Counted from the stretch's first letter, positions 17,883-27,329 are shown. The stretch: 64,000 nt of DNA from Myxococcota bacterium (GCA_036802685.1 DAIRVS010000001.1:14804-78803), one strand, 5' to 3'. A program made the numbers and translations. Notes: generated from the letters alone by a model not told the origin.

Positions 17883-18986
17883 TCACTTGACCTCCCGGTA
17901 TTTGAGATAACCGTCCAGCACGTCGTCGAGGCGGGAGACGATGCTCATCTGGTCGTAGAACAGGCTGTCCTGAATCCGGAAGATCAGGTTCCGGTCCAGG
18001 TTGAGCTTGCGGGAGACGTTGGCCAACTGGGCGGCCCGGGCGGCGTGGGTGCGGGCCTTCATGGCCTTCTGGAACTTCTTGACGTCGCAGTCCATGATCT
18101 CGCACAGGGCGGTGTAGTTCCCCCGCACGAACACGTTCTGCCCCTCCTGGGAGAACCGCTCGTGGAGCTCCTCGAAGGCCCCGTCGCCCTTCTGCGCCAG
18201 AATCTCGAGCATGGCCTCCATCGTCTGCGTGTGGCGACCCCGCTGCGCGGGCAGGGGGATGACGTTGACCTTGACCTTCTGGTCGTACTTGCGCAGGGCG
18301 GCCTTGAGGGCGGCGAACACCCGCTGCTCGTAGGTGCTGACGTAGGCGGCGTACCAGGTGATGGTGATCGGGGCCGACGAGGCGCCCTTGGTCAGGGTGG
18401 GCCAGCCCTCGGGCAGGCTCTCGGCCAGGAGCGCGTCGAGCCCGGCGGGCAGCGAGTTGCGGTTCTCCTCGACGAGGCTGGTCCACTGCTCGCGCTCGCG
18501 CTGCTCCTTCTGGCGCTCACGTTCTGCCTCGGCCTTCTTTCGCTCGCGCTCGGCCTCGTCCTGGCGCTGCTTCACCTCGTTCTGGATGCGCTGCTGGTGC
18601 TCCTGGGCGCCGCGGGTGGCGAAAAAGGCGACGGTCCCGCCGATGATCAGGGTGGTGAAGATGATGATCGCGGGCAGCACGGCCGCCACCTTGGTCGCCT
18701 GCTGGGCCCGGCCCATGGCCTGCTGCACCTGCCGCTGGACCTTGGGGTCCAGGGCGTTGGGCACGATGATCACCTGCTGCGGCGGCGCGGGCGCCCGGGG
18801 TCCGCGGGCGGGCGGATCGTCGTCCGCGAACAGGTCCTCGACCTCCTCGTCCGAGGGGCCGTCGTCCTCGTCGAACACCAGCGTGTTGCCGCAATATTGA
18901 CACTTCACGGAGCTGGCCCCCGGATCGTTGGAGATCGAGGCACCGCAGGCGGGGCAGTTCAGGGAGGCGAGCTGGGGCTTTTTCAT
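17883..18986 (-). CDS. Membrane protein: N-terminal zinc ribbon (CPACG...CQYCG), TM helix, Glu/Arg coiled coil, C-terminal DsbA-like thioredoxin-fold domain lacking CxxC
   Basis: Start MKKPQLASLNCPACG at 18986. Architecture read from the ORF translation. Paralogous N-terminal logic to 3439..4095. Confidence 0.65.
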   Translation of the reverse strand: MKKPQLASLNCPACGASISNDPGASSVKCQYCGNTLVFDEDDGPSDEEVEDLFADDDPPARGPRAPAPPQQVIIVPNALDPKVQRQVQQAMGRAQQATKVAAVLPAIIIFTTLIIGGTVAFFATRGAQEHQQRIQNEVKQRQDEAERERKKAEAERERQKEQREREQWTSLVEENRNSLPAGLDALLAESLPEGWPTLTKGASSAPITITWYAAYVSTYEQRVFAALKAALRKYDQKVKVNVIPLPAQRGRHTQTMEAMLEILAQKGDGAFEELHERFSQEGQNVFVRGNYTALCEIMDCDVKKFQKAMKARTHAARAAQLANVSRKLNLDRNLIFRIQDSLFYDQMSIVSRLDDVLDGYLKYREVK

Positions 18987-19056
18987 GACGTTTCCTATAA
19001 CCGCCTTGACATTTTTTGTCAACCGGGGAACCCTGATCGGACCAAGGAGGAGGGCC

Positions 19057-19560
19057 ATGAATCCCGAAACCGAGACGCGAAGAGCCTACCTGGCCGGCGG
19101 CTGCTTCTGGGGCGTGGAGTACCACCTGCGGCGCCTGCCGGGCGTGCGGTCGGTGATCTCCGGCTTCATGGGCGGCGCCCTCGAACGCCCCACCTACCGG
19201 CAGGTATGCGCCGGCGGCACCGGACACCTCGAGACTGTCGAGGTGACCTACGATCCGGCGGTCACCTCGTTCGAGGCCATCGCGCGGCGGTTCTTCGAGA
19301 TCCATGATCCCACCCAACGGGACCGCCAGGGCCCCGACGTGGGGGTGCAGTACCGCAGCGCGGTGTTCTACGCGAACGAGCAGGAGCGGCAGGTCGCCCA
19401 GGGATTGATCGCACAATTGATTCACAATGGCTATGACGTGGTTACCGAGCTCTTGCCCGCAGGAATCTTCTGGCCCGCCGAGGACTATCATCAAGAATAC
19501 TACGATCGCCACGGGAAGGAGCCGGCCTGCCACTGGCCGGTGGCCCGCTTCGATCGATAA
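19057..19560 (+). CDS. msrA: Peptide methionine sulfoxide reductase MsrA
   Basis: AYLAGGCFWGVE catalytic motif. AAGGAGG RBS. Start at ATG 19057. Confidence 0.9.
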   Translation: MNPETETRRAYLAGGCFWGVEYHLRRLPGVRSVISGFMGGALERPTYRQVCAGGTGHLETVEVTYDPAVTSFEAIARRFFEIHDPTQRDRQGPDVGVQYRSAVFYANEQERQVAQGLIAQLIHNGYDVVTELLPAGIFWPAEDYHQEYYDRHGKEPACHWPVARFDR

Positions 19561-19635
19561 CACATACAGCTTGCCAAGGAGGCCGGTTTTTGTCAGGATA
19601 CGGGCCGGTCGAACACCGAAGGGACGCCGGAATAC

Positions 19636-20217
19636 ATGTCTAACGAACACCCTGCCACTTGCTCCGAGCCGGGAGCCTGCCACGTGGTGACCCGCGACGA
19701 GGCCTTCTTCGAGGTCGAGCGGGCCGTGCGGTTCTCGTGGTGGCAGAAGCTGGGTTATTTCGTCAGTTACAACCGGTACGCCCTGCTGATCCTGATCCTG
19801 AGCATGGCCATCCCCGGGCTGCTGTTCCGCTACGCCCGCTGGTACCTCTGGGTGCCCGCCGCCCTCGTCGCCCTGCGCGCCCTGTACTGGGCCTGGCACA
19901 TCGCCCGCCAGTACCCCAAGAAGCTGCACATCACCAAGAAACTGCTGCTGGCCCAGCGGCAGGGCACCTTTCAGAGCCCCGACGTCGTGAAGTACTGCGG
20001 GGATCCGTGCTACCGCGTGGTCGCCCACCACGCCCTCGCGCAGGCCGGCACTCCCGCCGCCGAGCGCCGCCGCCTGGTGCGCGGCTACGTCGATCAAGCG
20101 CACGATCTGGCCCACTCCCTGGTCTTCGTCGACCGAGAGAAGGGCCGCATTGTGACCATCATCAACGGTGTGACCACAGAAAAACCCCTCACCCCACAGG
20201 AGATGACGAATGGTTAA
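19636..20217 (+). CDS. Hypothetical membrane protein
   Basis: ORF with two hydrophobic segments (LLILILSMAIPGLLF, LWVPAALVALRALYWAW). Overlaps the next gene start by 8 nt. Confidence 0.55.
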   Translation: MSNEHPATCSEPGACHVVTRDEAFFEVERAVRFSWWQKLGYFVSYNRYALLILILSMAIPGLLFRYARWYLWVPAALVALRALYWAWHIARQYPKKLHITKKLLLAQRQGTFQSPDVVKYCGDPCYRVVAHHALAQAGTPAAERRRLVRGYVDQAHDLAHSLVFVDREKGRIVTIINGVTTEKPLTPQEMTNG

Positions 20218-20668
20218 CATGACCCCGAAGACCCAGGAAGCCCTCAACAACGTCCAGATGCTGCAGGGCGAGGAGATCCAGTACGCCGTGCAGGCCGACG
20301 GCTTCTTCGTCGGCACCAGCCCCATCGAGAAGTTGATGGCCAAGATCCAGGCGTTCTTCACGAAGATCACGGGCGGCCACATCCGCATGTTCCTCGTGCT
20401 CACCAACCAGCGCGTGCTGCTCATCGAGTCCACGGCCAAATGCTGCGGCTTCCAGGCCTCCCGCGTCGTTCACACGATCGCCACGAAGTCCATCGTCGAG
20501 GCCGGCACCACGCGCGAGACCACCTGGTGCTGCTTCCACACCCGCATGATCCAGGTCGAGAGCCTGACCCAGAAGTACGTGCTGGTGGCCAAGACCATGA
20601 CCGACCCGGAGATGATGGAGTTCATCACCCGCATGTCGCTGCTGATCGTGCAGAACCCGGTCCGCTAG
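20210..20668 (+). CDS. Bacterial PH (bPH_2/YokE-like) domain protein (tentative)
   Basis: The HIRMFLVLTNQRVLLIE segment resembles the bPH_2 core. Likely coupled to the upstream membrane protein. Confidence 0.5.
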   Translation: MVNMTPKTQEALNNVQMLQGEEIQYAVQADGFFVGTSPIEKLMAKIQAFFTKITGGHIRMFLVLTNQRVLLIESTAKCCGFQASRVVHTIATKSIVEAGTTRETTWCCFHTRMIQVESLTQKYVLVAKTMTDPEMMEFITRMSLLIVQNPVR

Positions 20669-20768
20669 CCGGCGCCGGTCCTGCCCAGAAAAGCCGGAGC
20701 CTTCCGGCCCGGAAGCCGGTTCGTCCGGCGCGACCTCTTCGCAATCCCTTGAAAGGAGGACCCCGCCC

Positions 20769-22730
20769 ATGGCCGAGCCTTCCCTGACAGCCCCTGAAGC
20801 CTGGTCCGAGATCGTCATGGGGAACACCGCCATCGTGCGCGCCATGGCCGTCTCGGGCACCCGCGTGGTGACCGCCTACCCCGGGTCGCCCACCCCCGAG
20901 ATCGCCGAGGCCATCGGCCGGATCCCCGCCGGGGAGCGGCCGTTCTTCTTCGAGTTCTCGACCAACGAGAAGGTCGCCACCGAGGTGGCCTTCGGCGCGT
21001 CGATCAACGGCCACCTGGCCTGCGTCTTTTTCAAGAGCGTGGGGCTCAACGTGGCCGCGGACACCTTCGTGCAGTTGTCCATGATGGAGCTCGTCGGCGG
21101 GATGGTGATCGTCCTGGGCGACGATCCCGGCTGCAACTCGAGCCAGAACGAGCAGGACAACCGGCACCTCGCCCGGCTCTGCTACACGCCGGTCTGGGAG
21201 CCCATGGACCCGCAGGAGGTGCACGACATGTACCTCGAGGCCGCCGCCTGGTCGCAAGAGCAGCACATGCCCGTGATCCTGCGGCTCTCCACCCACGTGT
21301 GCCACGCCAAGATGCGCGTGCGCTCGGCGGCCTTCACGCCGGCGCCGCACAACGACGCGCCCCGGTTCGACCCCGCCGCCGGCCCCTATCTGCCGATCAC
21401 CAAACTGGTGGCCCCCCTCAAGCGCCGGGCGCTGGAGAAGCTCGAGCGCACCCGGGAGAAAGCCGAGACCACGCCGTTTTTGAAGGTCCTACCGGGCGTT
21501 CCAGGCACCCGCCGCGGCGTGATCACCGCCGGGCTACCCACGGCCAGCCTGCTCGAGGTCCTCGAGGGCAGCGCCCTGGGACAGGGCGTCGAAGGTCCCC
21601 CAAACGTGCTGCGCCTGGGCCTGGTGCATCCCCTGCCCGTGCGCGCCGTCACCGACTTTCTGCGGTCCCACGACGAGGTCAAGATCCTCGAGGAGCTCGA
21701 CGACTTCCTCGAGCAGGGCGTCGTCGCCGCCGCCTACCGGGCCGGCCTCTCGTGCCGGATCCGGGGCAAGGAGGACCGCGAGGAGTGGATCGGCGAGTAC
21801 ACGCCACCCAAGGTCCGCGAAATCCTGCACGCCACCTGGCCCGAACTCATCCCGGCCGCCGCACCCGCGACGCCGGGTCCGTCGCCCGACGCTCCGTCGG
21901 TCGACGCTCCGTCGGCCGACGCTCCGTCCGCCCGGGCCCCCCAGATGTGCCCGGGCTGCGGCCACCGCAGCGCTTTTTACGCCATCTCCCAGGCGCTCGC
22001 GGCCGAGGACATCACGGTGGCCGACATCGGCTGCCACACCCTGGGCTTCCTGCCGCCCTACCACATGGGTCAGGTTCTCCTGTGCATGGGCGCCTCCTGC
22101 GGCATCGCGGCGGGCCTCTCCCTGTTCCAGCGGTCCCGGCGGGTGGTCGCCTTCCTCGGCGACAGCACGTTCTTCCACGCCGGCCTCCCGGGGGTGATCA
22201 ACGCGCTGTTCAACCGCCACGACTTCACGCTCATCGTCATGGAGAACGGCACCACCGCCATGACCGGACACCAGGCCCACGCCGGCTCCGGCGAGAACTT
22301 CAACGGCCCGACGACGGCGATTTCGATCCGCGACCTGCTCGTGTCCCTGGGCGCCACCGTGCGCGAGGTCGACACCTATCAACAGGCGAAACTGACCCAG
22401 CTCGTACGCGAAGCCAACGAGGCCGGCGGATTCCAGGTGGTCATCGCGCGCCACCCGTGCATGCTCGCCCACCAGCGCCGCGAGACGAGGAAGCCCGGCT
22501 TCGTGAAGCGCCAGGTGCGGATCCTGGCGGAGAAGTGCGACCAGCGGCACGTGTGCGTGAAGCAGTTCGGCTGCCCGTCGTTCTTCCTCGAGCCCTCGGG
22601 CGCCGTCCACGTCAACGCGGACCTGTGCATCGGGGACGGCTCCTGCCTGCAGACCTGCCCCACGAAGGCCATCGCCCCGCCGGCGCCCGTGAAACAGGAG
22701 ACCGCGCCCACGAAACAGGAGGCGCCATGA
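20769..22730 (+). CDS. iorA: Indolepyruvate:ferredoxin oxidoreductase alpha subunit (TPP-binding plus 2x[4Fe-4S] ferredoxin domain)
   Basis: N-terminal TPP-enzyme regions are present. C-terminal CDQRHVCVKQFGCPSFF...CIGDGSCLQTCP is ferredoxin-like. Contains a PDAPSxDAPS low-complexity insert. Confidence 0.85.
   Translation: MAEPSLTAPEAWSEIVMGNTAIVRAMAVSGTRVVTAYPGSPTPEIAEAIGRIPAGERPFFFEFSTNEKVATEVAFGASINGHLACVFFKSVGLNVAADTFVQLSMMELVGGMVIVLGDDPGCNSSQNEQDNRHLARLCYTPVWEPMDPQEVHDMYLEAAAWSQEQHMPVILRLSTHVCHAKMRVRSAAFTPAPHNDAPRFDPAAGPYLPITKLVAPLKRRALEKLERTREKAETTPFLKVLPGVPGTRRGVITAGLPTASLLEVLEGSALGQGVEGPPNVLRLGLVHPLPVRAVTDFLRSHDEVKILEELDDFLEQGVVAAAYRAGLSCRIRGKEDREEWIGEYTPPKVREILHATWPELIPAAAPATPGPSPDAPSVDAPSADAPSARAPQMCPGCGHRSAFYAISQALAAEDITVADIGCHTLGFLPPYHMGQVLLCMGASCGIAAGLSLFQRSRRVVAFLGDSTFFHAGLPGVINALFNRHDFTLIVMENGTTAMTGHQAHAGSGENFNGPTTAISIRDLLVSLGATVREVDTYQQAKLTQLVREANEAGGFQVVIARHPCMLAHQRRETRKPGFVKRQVRILAEKCDQRHVCVKQFGCPSFFLEPSGAVHVNADLCIGDGSCLQTCPTKAIAPPAPVKQETAPTKQEAP
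21881..21930 (+). repeat. In-frame 15-bp x3 tandem repeat (PDAPSVDAPSADAPS) inside iorA
   Basis: gacgctccgtcggtcgacgctccgtcggccgacgctccgtcc seen directly. Confidence 0.75.
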
Positions 22731-23323
22731 CCACCACGCAGATTTACATGATCGGAGTCGGCGGCCAAGGCATCGGCCTGCTCGCCGAGGTGCTCGCCCA
22801 CGCGGGCGATCGGGCCGGGCTCGCCATCCGGGCCGTGGACACCCACGGGCTCGCCCAGCGGGGCGGCTCGGTGGAGAGCTTTTTGCGCGTGGGGACATGC
22901 GTCTTCTCGCCGCTGGTGGCCCCCGGCGAGGCGGATCTGGTGGTCGCCCTGGAGCGCACCGAGGCCCTGCGCGGGCTGTGCACGTACGCCCGCCCCGGGG
23001 GCCGCCTGGTGTGGTACGAGACCGCTTGGCAGCCGCTGGCCGTGCGCCTGGGCCGCGAGGCCCCCGTCGAGCACGCGGCCATCCTCGCCCGCGCGGCGGC
23101 CCTGGGCGTCACCGCGCGCCCGGTGCACGTGCCCGATCTGCCCGACACCCGCATGCAGAACGTGGCCGTGCTGGCCACCGTCGCCGGGCTGGGGTGGATC
23201 CCCGGCATCGCCCCCGCCCACTACCGGGAGGCCCTGACCGCGCTGGTTCCCCCCCGCGCCGCGGCCGCCAACCTCGCCCTGTTCGACGCGGTCCTCGCCG
23301 CGAGCGGAGCCGATCCCGCATGA
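22727..23323 (+). CDS. iorB: Indolepyruvate:ferredoxin oxidoreductase beta subunit
   Basis: MTTTQIYMIGVGGQGIGL.. (IGGQG pyruvate/ketoisovalerate oxidoreductase gamma-type fold). ATGA overlap with the iorA stop. Confidence 0.8.
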   Translation: MTTTQIYMIGVGGQGIGLLAEVLAHAGDRAGLAIRAVDTHGLAQRGGSVESFLRVGTCVFSPLVAPGEADLVVALERTEALRGLCTYARPGGRLVWYETAWQPLAVRLGREAPVEHAAILARAAALGVTARPVHVPDLPDTRMQNVAVLATVAGLGWIPGIAPAHYREALTALVPPRAAAANLALFDAVLAASGADPA

Positions 23324-24276
23324 TCCCGCCCGCGCTCTTCGCCCGGCTGCCCCGGATCGCCCCACAGGATCCGGCCGCCCGGCGTCACCGCGCCCTGCTC
23401 GCCCGCTACCTCGCGGGCCCGCTCCCGGCCGTGGGCGAGGTCCTCGGCGAGCCCTGCGCCCTCGAACCCGCGCCCGATCGCTCCGGCGCCCCGGACGCCT
23501 GGTGGCGCCTCGCGTCGGGCGCCCACGTGGGCCTCGCCGGCGCCGCCCTGGACGCCCTGCGGTTGTTCCACGGACGCGCCGCGCTCCCCTCGGGGCCCGA
23601 CGACCTCTTCGCCCGCCTCGCCGTGGACCGCCCGGCGGCGTTCTCCCGCGCCGTCCCCGCGCCCGCGCCCGCGGTGGACCCGACCCGACGCCTCGCGCTC
23701 TGGCTGCGTGCCCCCCGGGGCGACCTGGAATTAGTTTACCAGTTCCTTGATGATTCCCCACCGGACTACCCCGTGCGCTCCCGCGCCCTGGACTTCGAGT
23801 TCCCCTGCAGCCTGGTCTTTGGTTTTTTATCCTTAGCTCATCTCACGGGCGCCCGACGCCAGGAGATGATCTTTCCTGGGTGGCCGACTAAAGATTCGGC
23901 CTATCTTGGCCGACATGACCTGTGGCTCCCGGTCCGCTTCGAGCGCGGTCGGTGGGTCGCAGGCGGAGGATGGTTCATGAAACCTTCGGCGCCCGATCAT
24001 TTTCCACTTGAAATTTCGGTGGAAGTCGGAAGAATCCGCCTGCGGGGCAGCGACCTCGCCGCCCTGACCCGGGGCGCCGTGCTCCCCCTGGGCGGCGCCT
24101 TCGGCGGCCAGGTGGACCTGGTCTGCGACAACCGGCTGCTGGCCCGGGCCGAGCTGGTCGTCGCCGGGGGTGAGCTGGCGCTCCGGCTCCTGACCGACGT
24201 GCCCATGTTTCCAGATTTTCCCCACCCCGGCGCAGCCCCGCCGGCACCGGGCGAGACGCCCACAGGTGACGCATGA
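23320..24276 (+). CDS. Hypothetical protein with C-terminal SpoA (FliN / SctQ C-ring) -like domain
   Basis: ATGA overlap with the iorB stop. The C-terminal segment LTRGAVLPLGGAFGGQVDLVCDNRLLARAELVVAGGELALRLLTD resembles the FliN/YscQ SpoA consensus (..[26 protein letters not shown]). The N-terminal 220 aa have no recognised domain. Confidence 0.6.
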   Translation: MIPPALFARLPRIAPQDPAARRHRALLARYLAGPLPAVGEVLGEPCALEPAPDRSGAPDAWWRLASGAHVGLAGAALDALRLFHGRAALPSGPDDLFARLAVDRPAAFSRAVPAPAPAVDPTRRLALWLRAPRGDLELVYQFLDDSPPDYPVRSRALDFEFPCSLVFGFLSLAHLTGARRQEMIFPGWPTKDSAYLGRHDLWLPVRFERGRWVAGGGWFMKPSAPDHFPLEISVEVGRIRLRGSDLAALTRGAVLPLGGAFGGQVDLVCDNRLLARAELVVAGGELALRLLTDVPMFPDFPHPGAAPPAPGETPTGDA

Positions 24277-24617
24277 CGATGAATCCCTCGACCCGACGCG
24301 TGAACCAACGCCACGACGTGCAGCTGCCCCTGGAGGTGATCTCCGGAGACACCAGCCGGCCGGCGGTCATCCAGAACATGTCCGTTGGTGGCCTCTATTT
24401 CCACTGCGATTTTCCCGTGGAACGCCAGCAGTTGTTCACCGTGGTGTTCAGCATCCCCACGCTGGACGTGCCGGTGCGCGTCGATACCGTGGTGCGCTGG
24501 ACGGAGAAACTCGGTGAGGCGACCACGGGCGTGGGCGTGCAGTTCCTCGGCCTCAAGGCCCGCGAGGTCTGGGCCATCACCAAGTTCTTCACCTCCCTCT
24601 CGGTCTCGAACCTGTAG
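24273..24617 (+). CDS. PilZ-domain protein (single-domain c-di-GMP receptor candidate)
   Basis: RRVNQRH (RxxxR) and NMSVGG ([DN]xSxxG) motifs. ATGA overlap with the upstream gene. Confidence 0.75.
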   Translation: MTMNPSTRRVNQRHDVQLPLEVISGDTSRPAVIQNMSVGGLYFHCDFPVERQQLFTVVFSIPTLDVPVRVDTVVRWTEKLGEATTGVGVQFLGLKAREVWAITKFFTSLSVSNL

Positions 24618-25542
24618 TCCCTCCGTTCACCCCCTGCACCGGCGCGATGCCGTCGGCGTACTCCTCCAGGGACAATCTCTTCAGCGCGTCGGCCAGCCGG
24701 CGGTTCTTGTCGCGGCCGGCCCAGGCCTTTTTCTGATAGACGCAGAAGCGGTCCTCAGCGAGGGGCAGCCCGGGAAACAACTCCACCAAGCACCCCGTGG
24801 CCAACTCCCGCGTGACGCTGTAGCGCGGGACCAACGCCGCGCCGAGCCCCTCGCAGGCCGCGCCGATCATCCCGCGCAGGTGGGTGAGCTCCTGCACGCG
24901 GGAGAACACCGGACGGCGCGCCGCCGGGAGGGCCTCCATCAGGCGGTCCCACCAGGCCCCGCCCCGGTCCAGGGACAGCACCGTCAACCGCCCCAGCGCG
25001 GCGGGATCGGGCACGGGGTTCGTCCGCAGGAACGCCGGCGCGGCGACCACGACGTACCGCTCGCGGAACAACTCGATGATCTCCAGCCGGGGATCGAGGT
25101 GCACCCGGCAGTCCACCACCAGGTCGACCTCGCCGGAGGCGAGCGGCGCCGCGAGCTCGTTGGAGAAGTGGAAATGCAGGCACAGGTCGGCGTGCTCCCG
25201 CATGAACGGGGCGAGCTTGGGCACCAGCACCTGGGTGCCGAACTCCACCGTGCACCCCAGCACCAGGGGCTCGGCCAAAGTGCCGGCGGCCAGCTGGACC
25301 TCGACCTCCCCGATGGCGTCGAACGCGCGGTCGCACACCTCGTACAGGCGCCGGCCCGCCTCGGTGAGCTGGGCGCGCCGGGCCACGTGGCGGACCAGCT
25401 CGCGGCCCACCTCGGCCTCGAGGCGGCGCAGGGCGTGACTCACGGCCGAGGGCGTCAGGTGCAGGGCGGCCGCCGCGGCCGAATTGCTGCCGCGCCGGGC
25501 GACCTCGGTGAAGACCCTCAGGCGGTTGGGATCGGCGCTCAT
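24589..25542 (-). CDS. LysR-family transcriptional regulator
   Basis: N-terminal HTH LRVFTEVARRGSNSAAAAALHLTPSAVSHALRRLE plus a substrate-binding domain. Divergent from the P5C dehydrogenase gene. Confidence 0.85.
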   Translation of the reverse strand: MSADPNRLRVFTEVARRGSNSAAAAALHLTPSAVSHALRRLEAEVGRELVRHVARRAQLTEAGRRLYEVCDRAFDAIGEVEVQLAAGTLAEPLVLGCTVEFGTQVLVPKLAPFMREHADLCLHFHFSNELAAPLASGEVDLVVDCRVHLDPRLEIIELFRERYVVVAAPAFLRTNPVPDPAALGRLTVLSLDRGGAWWDRLMEALPAARRPVFSRVQELTHLRGMIGAACEGLGAALVPRYSVTRELATGCLVELFPGLPLAEDRFCVYQKKAWAGRDKNRRLADALKRLSLEEYADGIAPVQGVNGGTTGSRPRGR

Positions 25543-25582
25543 CGTCGCGCTCCTTCCGGGGCCTTCCGTGTCCCCGAGTTCG

Positions 25583-25597
25583 ATGAACAGAATTCAT
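25583..25597. promoter_or_regulatory. LTTR-box-like dyad ATGAA-N5-TTCAT containing T-N11-A, between the LysR gene and the P5C dehydrogenase gene
   Basis: Seen directly in the divergent intergenic region. Confidence 0.4.
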
Positions 25598-25700
25598 TCA
25601 TCACATGAAAAACTATCACTTCATTTCACCTGGATCCAGCGGTATCTTTCCCCTGACGGCCCCGCCCGGCGGGCGCCACACCCCAACCAGGAGTGATCCC

Positions 25701-27329
25701 ATGAACAACGCCGCCTTCTCCTTCCAGCCCCCCGTCAACGAGCCCGTGAGGAGCTACGCGCCGGGCACCCCCGAGCGCGAACGCCTCACGGCCGAGCTCA
25801 CCCGCCAGGCCTCGGAGGTGGTCGAGATCCCGGCCATCATCGACGGCGGCGACGTGTACTCCGGTGACGTGGTGGAGGTGGTCATGCCCACCGAACACGG
25901 CCACGTCCTCGCCCGCTGCCACCTCGCCGGCGAGGCCGAGCTCGAAGCCGCCTGCGACGCCGCCGTTCGCGCCCAGGCGCAGTGGTCTGCCCTCTCGTGG
26001 ATCGAGCGGGCCTCGATCCAACTCAAGGCCGCCGAGCTCCTCGCCGGCCGGCACCGCGACCGGATCAACGCCGCCACCATGCTCGGCCAGGGCAAGAACG
26101 CCCACCAGAGCGAGATCGACGCCGCGGCCGAGACCATCGACTTCCTGCGCTACAACGCCATGTTCGCGTCGCAGATCTACGCCCAGCAGCCGCGCTCGGC
26201 CCTGGACCAGCTCAACCGCCTGGAGTACCGCCCCCTCGAGGGCTTCGTGCTGGCGATCTCGCCGTTCAACTTCACCTCCATCGCCAGCAACCTGACCAAC
26301 TCCCCGGTCCTCATGGGGAACACCGTCGTGTGGAAGCCGGCCACCACCGCCGTGCTGAGCAACTATCACCTCATGCGCGTCCTGCAGGAGGCGGGGATGC
26401 CCCCGGGGGTGGTCAACTTCGTGCCCTCGGCCGGCGCCCGCCTGGGCCGCGTCGCCCTGGCCCGCCCGGAGCTCGCCGGCATTCATTTCACCGGCTCCAA
26501 CGGCACGTTCAACACGCTGTGGCGGCAGGTGGCCGCCAACCTCGACCGCTACCGCTCCTATCCGCGCCTGGTGGGCGAGACCGGCGGCAAGGACTTCGTG
26601 TTCGTCCACGCCTCGGCCGACCCCGTCGAGGTCGCCACCGCCCTGGTGCGCGGCGCCTTCGAGTACCAGGGGCAGAAGTGCTCTGCCGCCTCCCGGGCCT
26701 ACGTGCCGCGCAGCCTGTGGCCGGACGTGCGCGAGTCCCTGGTCGCCCAGCTCTCCCGGGTCTCCGTGGGGGACGTGCGCGACCTCTCCCACTTCATGAA
26801 CGCGGTGATCGACGCGACCTCGTACAGGAACCTCACGGCCGTGATCGCCAAAGCCAGGGCCGACGCCGGCAACCGCCTGATCTTCGGCGGCGGCGCCAGC
26901 GACGCGGTGGGCTGGTTCGTGGAGCCCACCGTCCTCGAGGTCTCGGACCCGCGCTCGTTCCTGATGCAGGAGGAGTTCTTCGGGCCGATCCTGTCCGTGT
27001 TCGTCTACGAGGACGCCGCTTACGAGGAGACCCTCCAGATCTGCGACCGGACCAGCCCGTACGGGCTCACCGGCGCCGTGTTCTCCCGGGATCGCTACGC
27101 CTTCGTGCGGGCCTGCCAGATCCTGCGCTACGCCGCGGGCAACTTCTACCTCAACGACAAGCCCACCGGCGCGATGGTGGGCCTGCAGCCCTTCGGCGGC
27201 GCGCGGGGCTCGGGCACCAACGACAAGGCCGGCGGGCCCTTCAACCTGATGCGCTGGATCTCCCCGCGCACGATCAAGGAGACCTTCGTCCCGGCCACCT
27301 CCTTCGAGTATCCTTTCATGGGCCGCTAA
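25701..27329 (+). CDS. L-glutamate-gamma-semialdehyde (1-pyrroline-5-carboxylate) dehydrogenase, aldehyde dehydrogenase superfamily
   Basis: Start MNNAAFSFQPP at 25701 with CAGGAG RBS. ALDH motifs (GETGGKD, catalytic Cys in GQKCSAASR). Domain organisation resembles RocA/PruA. Confidence 0.85.
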   Translation: MNNAAFSFQPPVNEPVRSYAPGTPERERLTAELTRQASEVVEIPAIIDGGDVYSGDVVEVVMPTEHGHVLARCHLAGEAELEAACDAAVRAQAQWSALSWIERASIQLKAAELLAGRHRDRINAATMLGQGKNAHQSEIDAAAETIDFLRYNAMFASQIYAQQPRSALDQLNRLEYRPLEGFVLAISPFNFTSIASNLTNSPVLMGNTVVWKPATTAVLSNYHLMRVLQEAGMPPGVVNFVPSAGARLGRVALARPELAGIHFTGSNGTFNTLWRQVAANLDRYRSYPRLVGETGGKDFVFVHASADPVEVATALVRGAFEYQGQKCSAASRAYVPRSLWPDVRESLVAQLSRVSVGDVRDLSHFMNAVIDATSYRNLTAVIAKARADAGNRLIFGGGASDAVGWFVEPTVLEVSDPRSFLMQEEFFGPILSVFVYEDAAYEETLQICDRTSPYGLTGAVFSRDRYAFVRACQILRYAAGNFYLNDKPTGAMVGLQPFGGARGSGTNDKAGGPFNLMRWISPRTIKETFVPATSFEYPFMGR

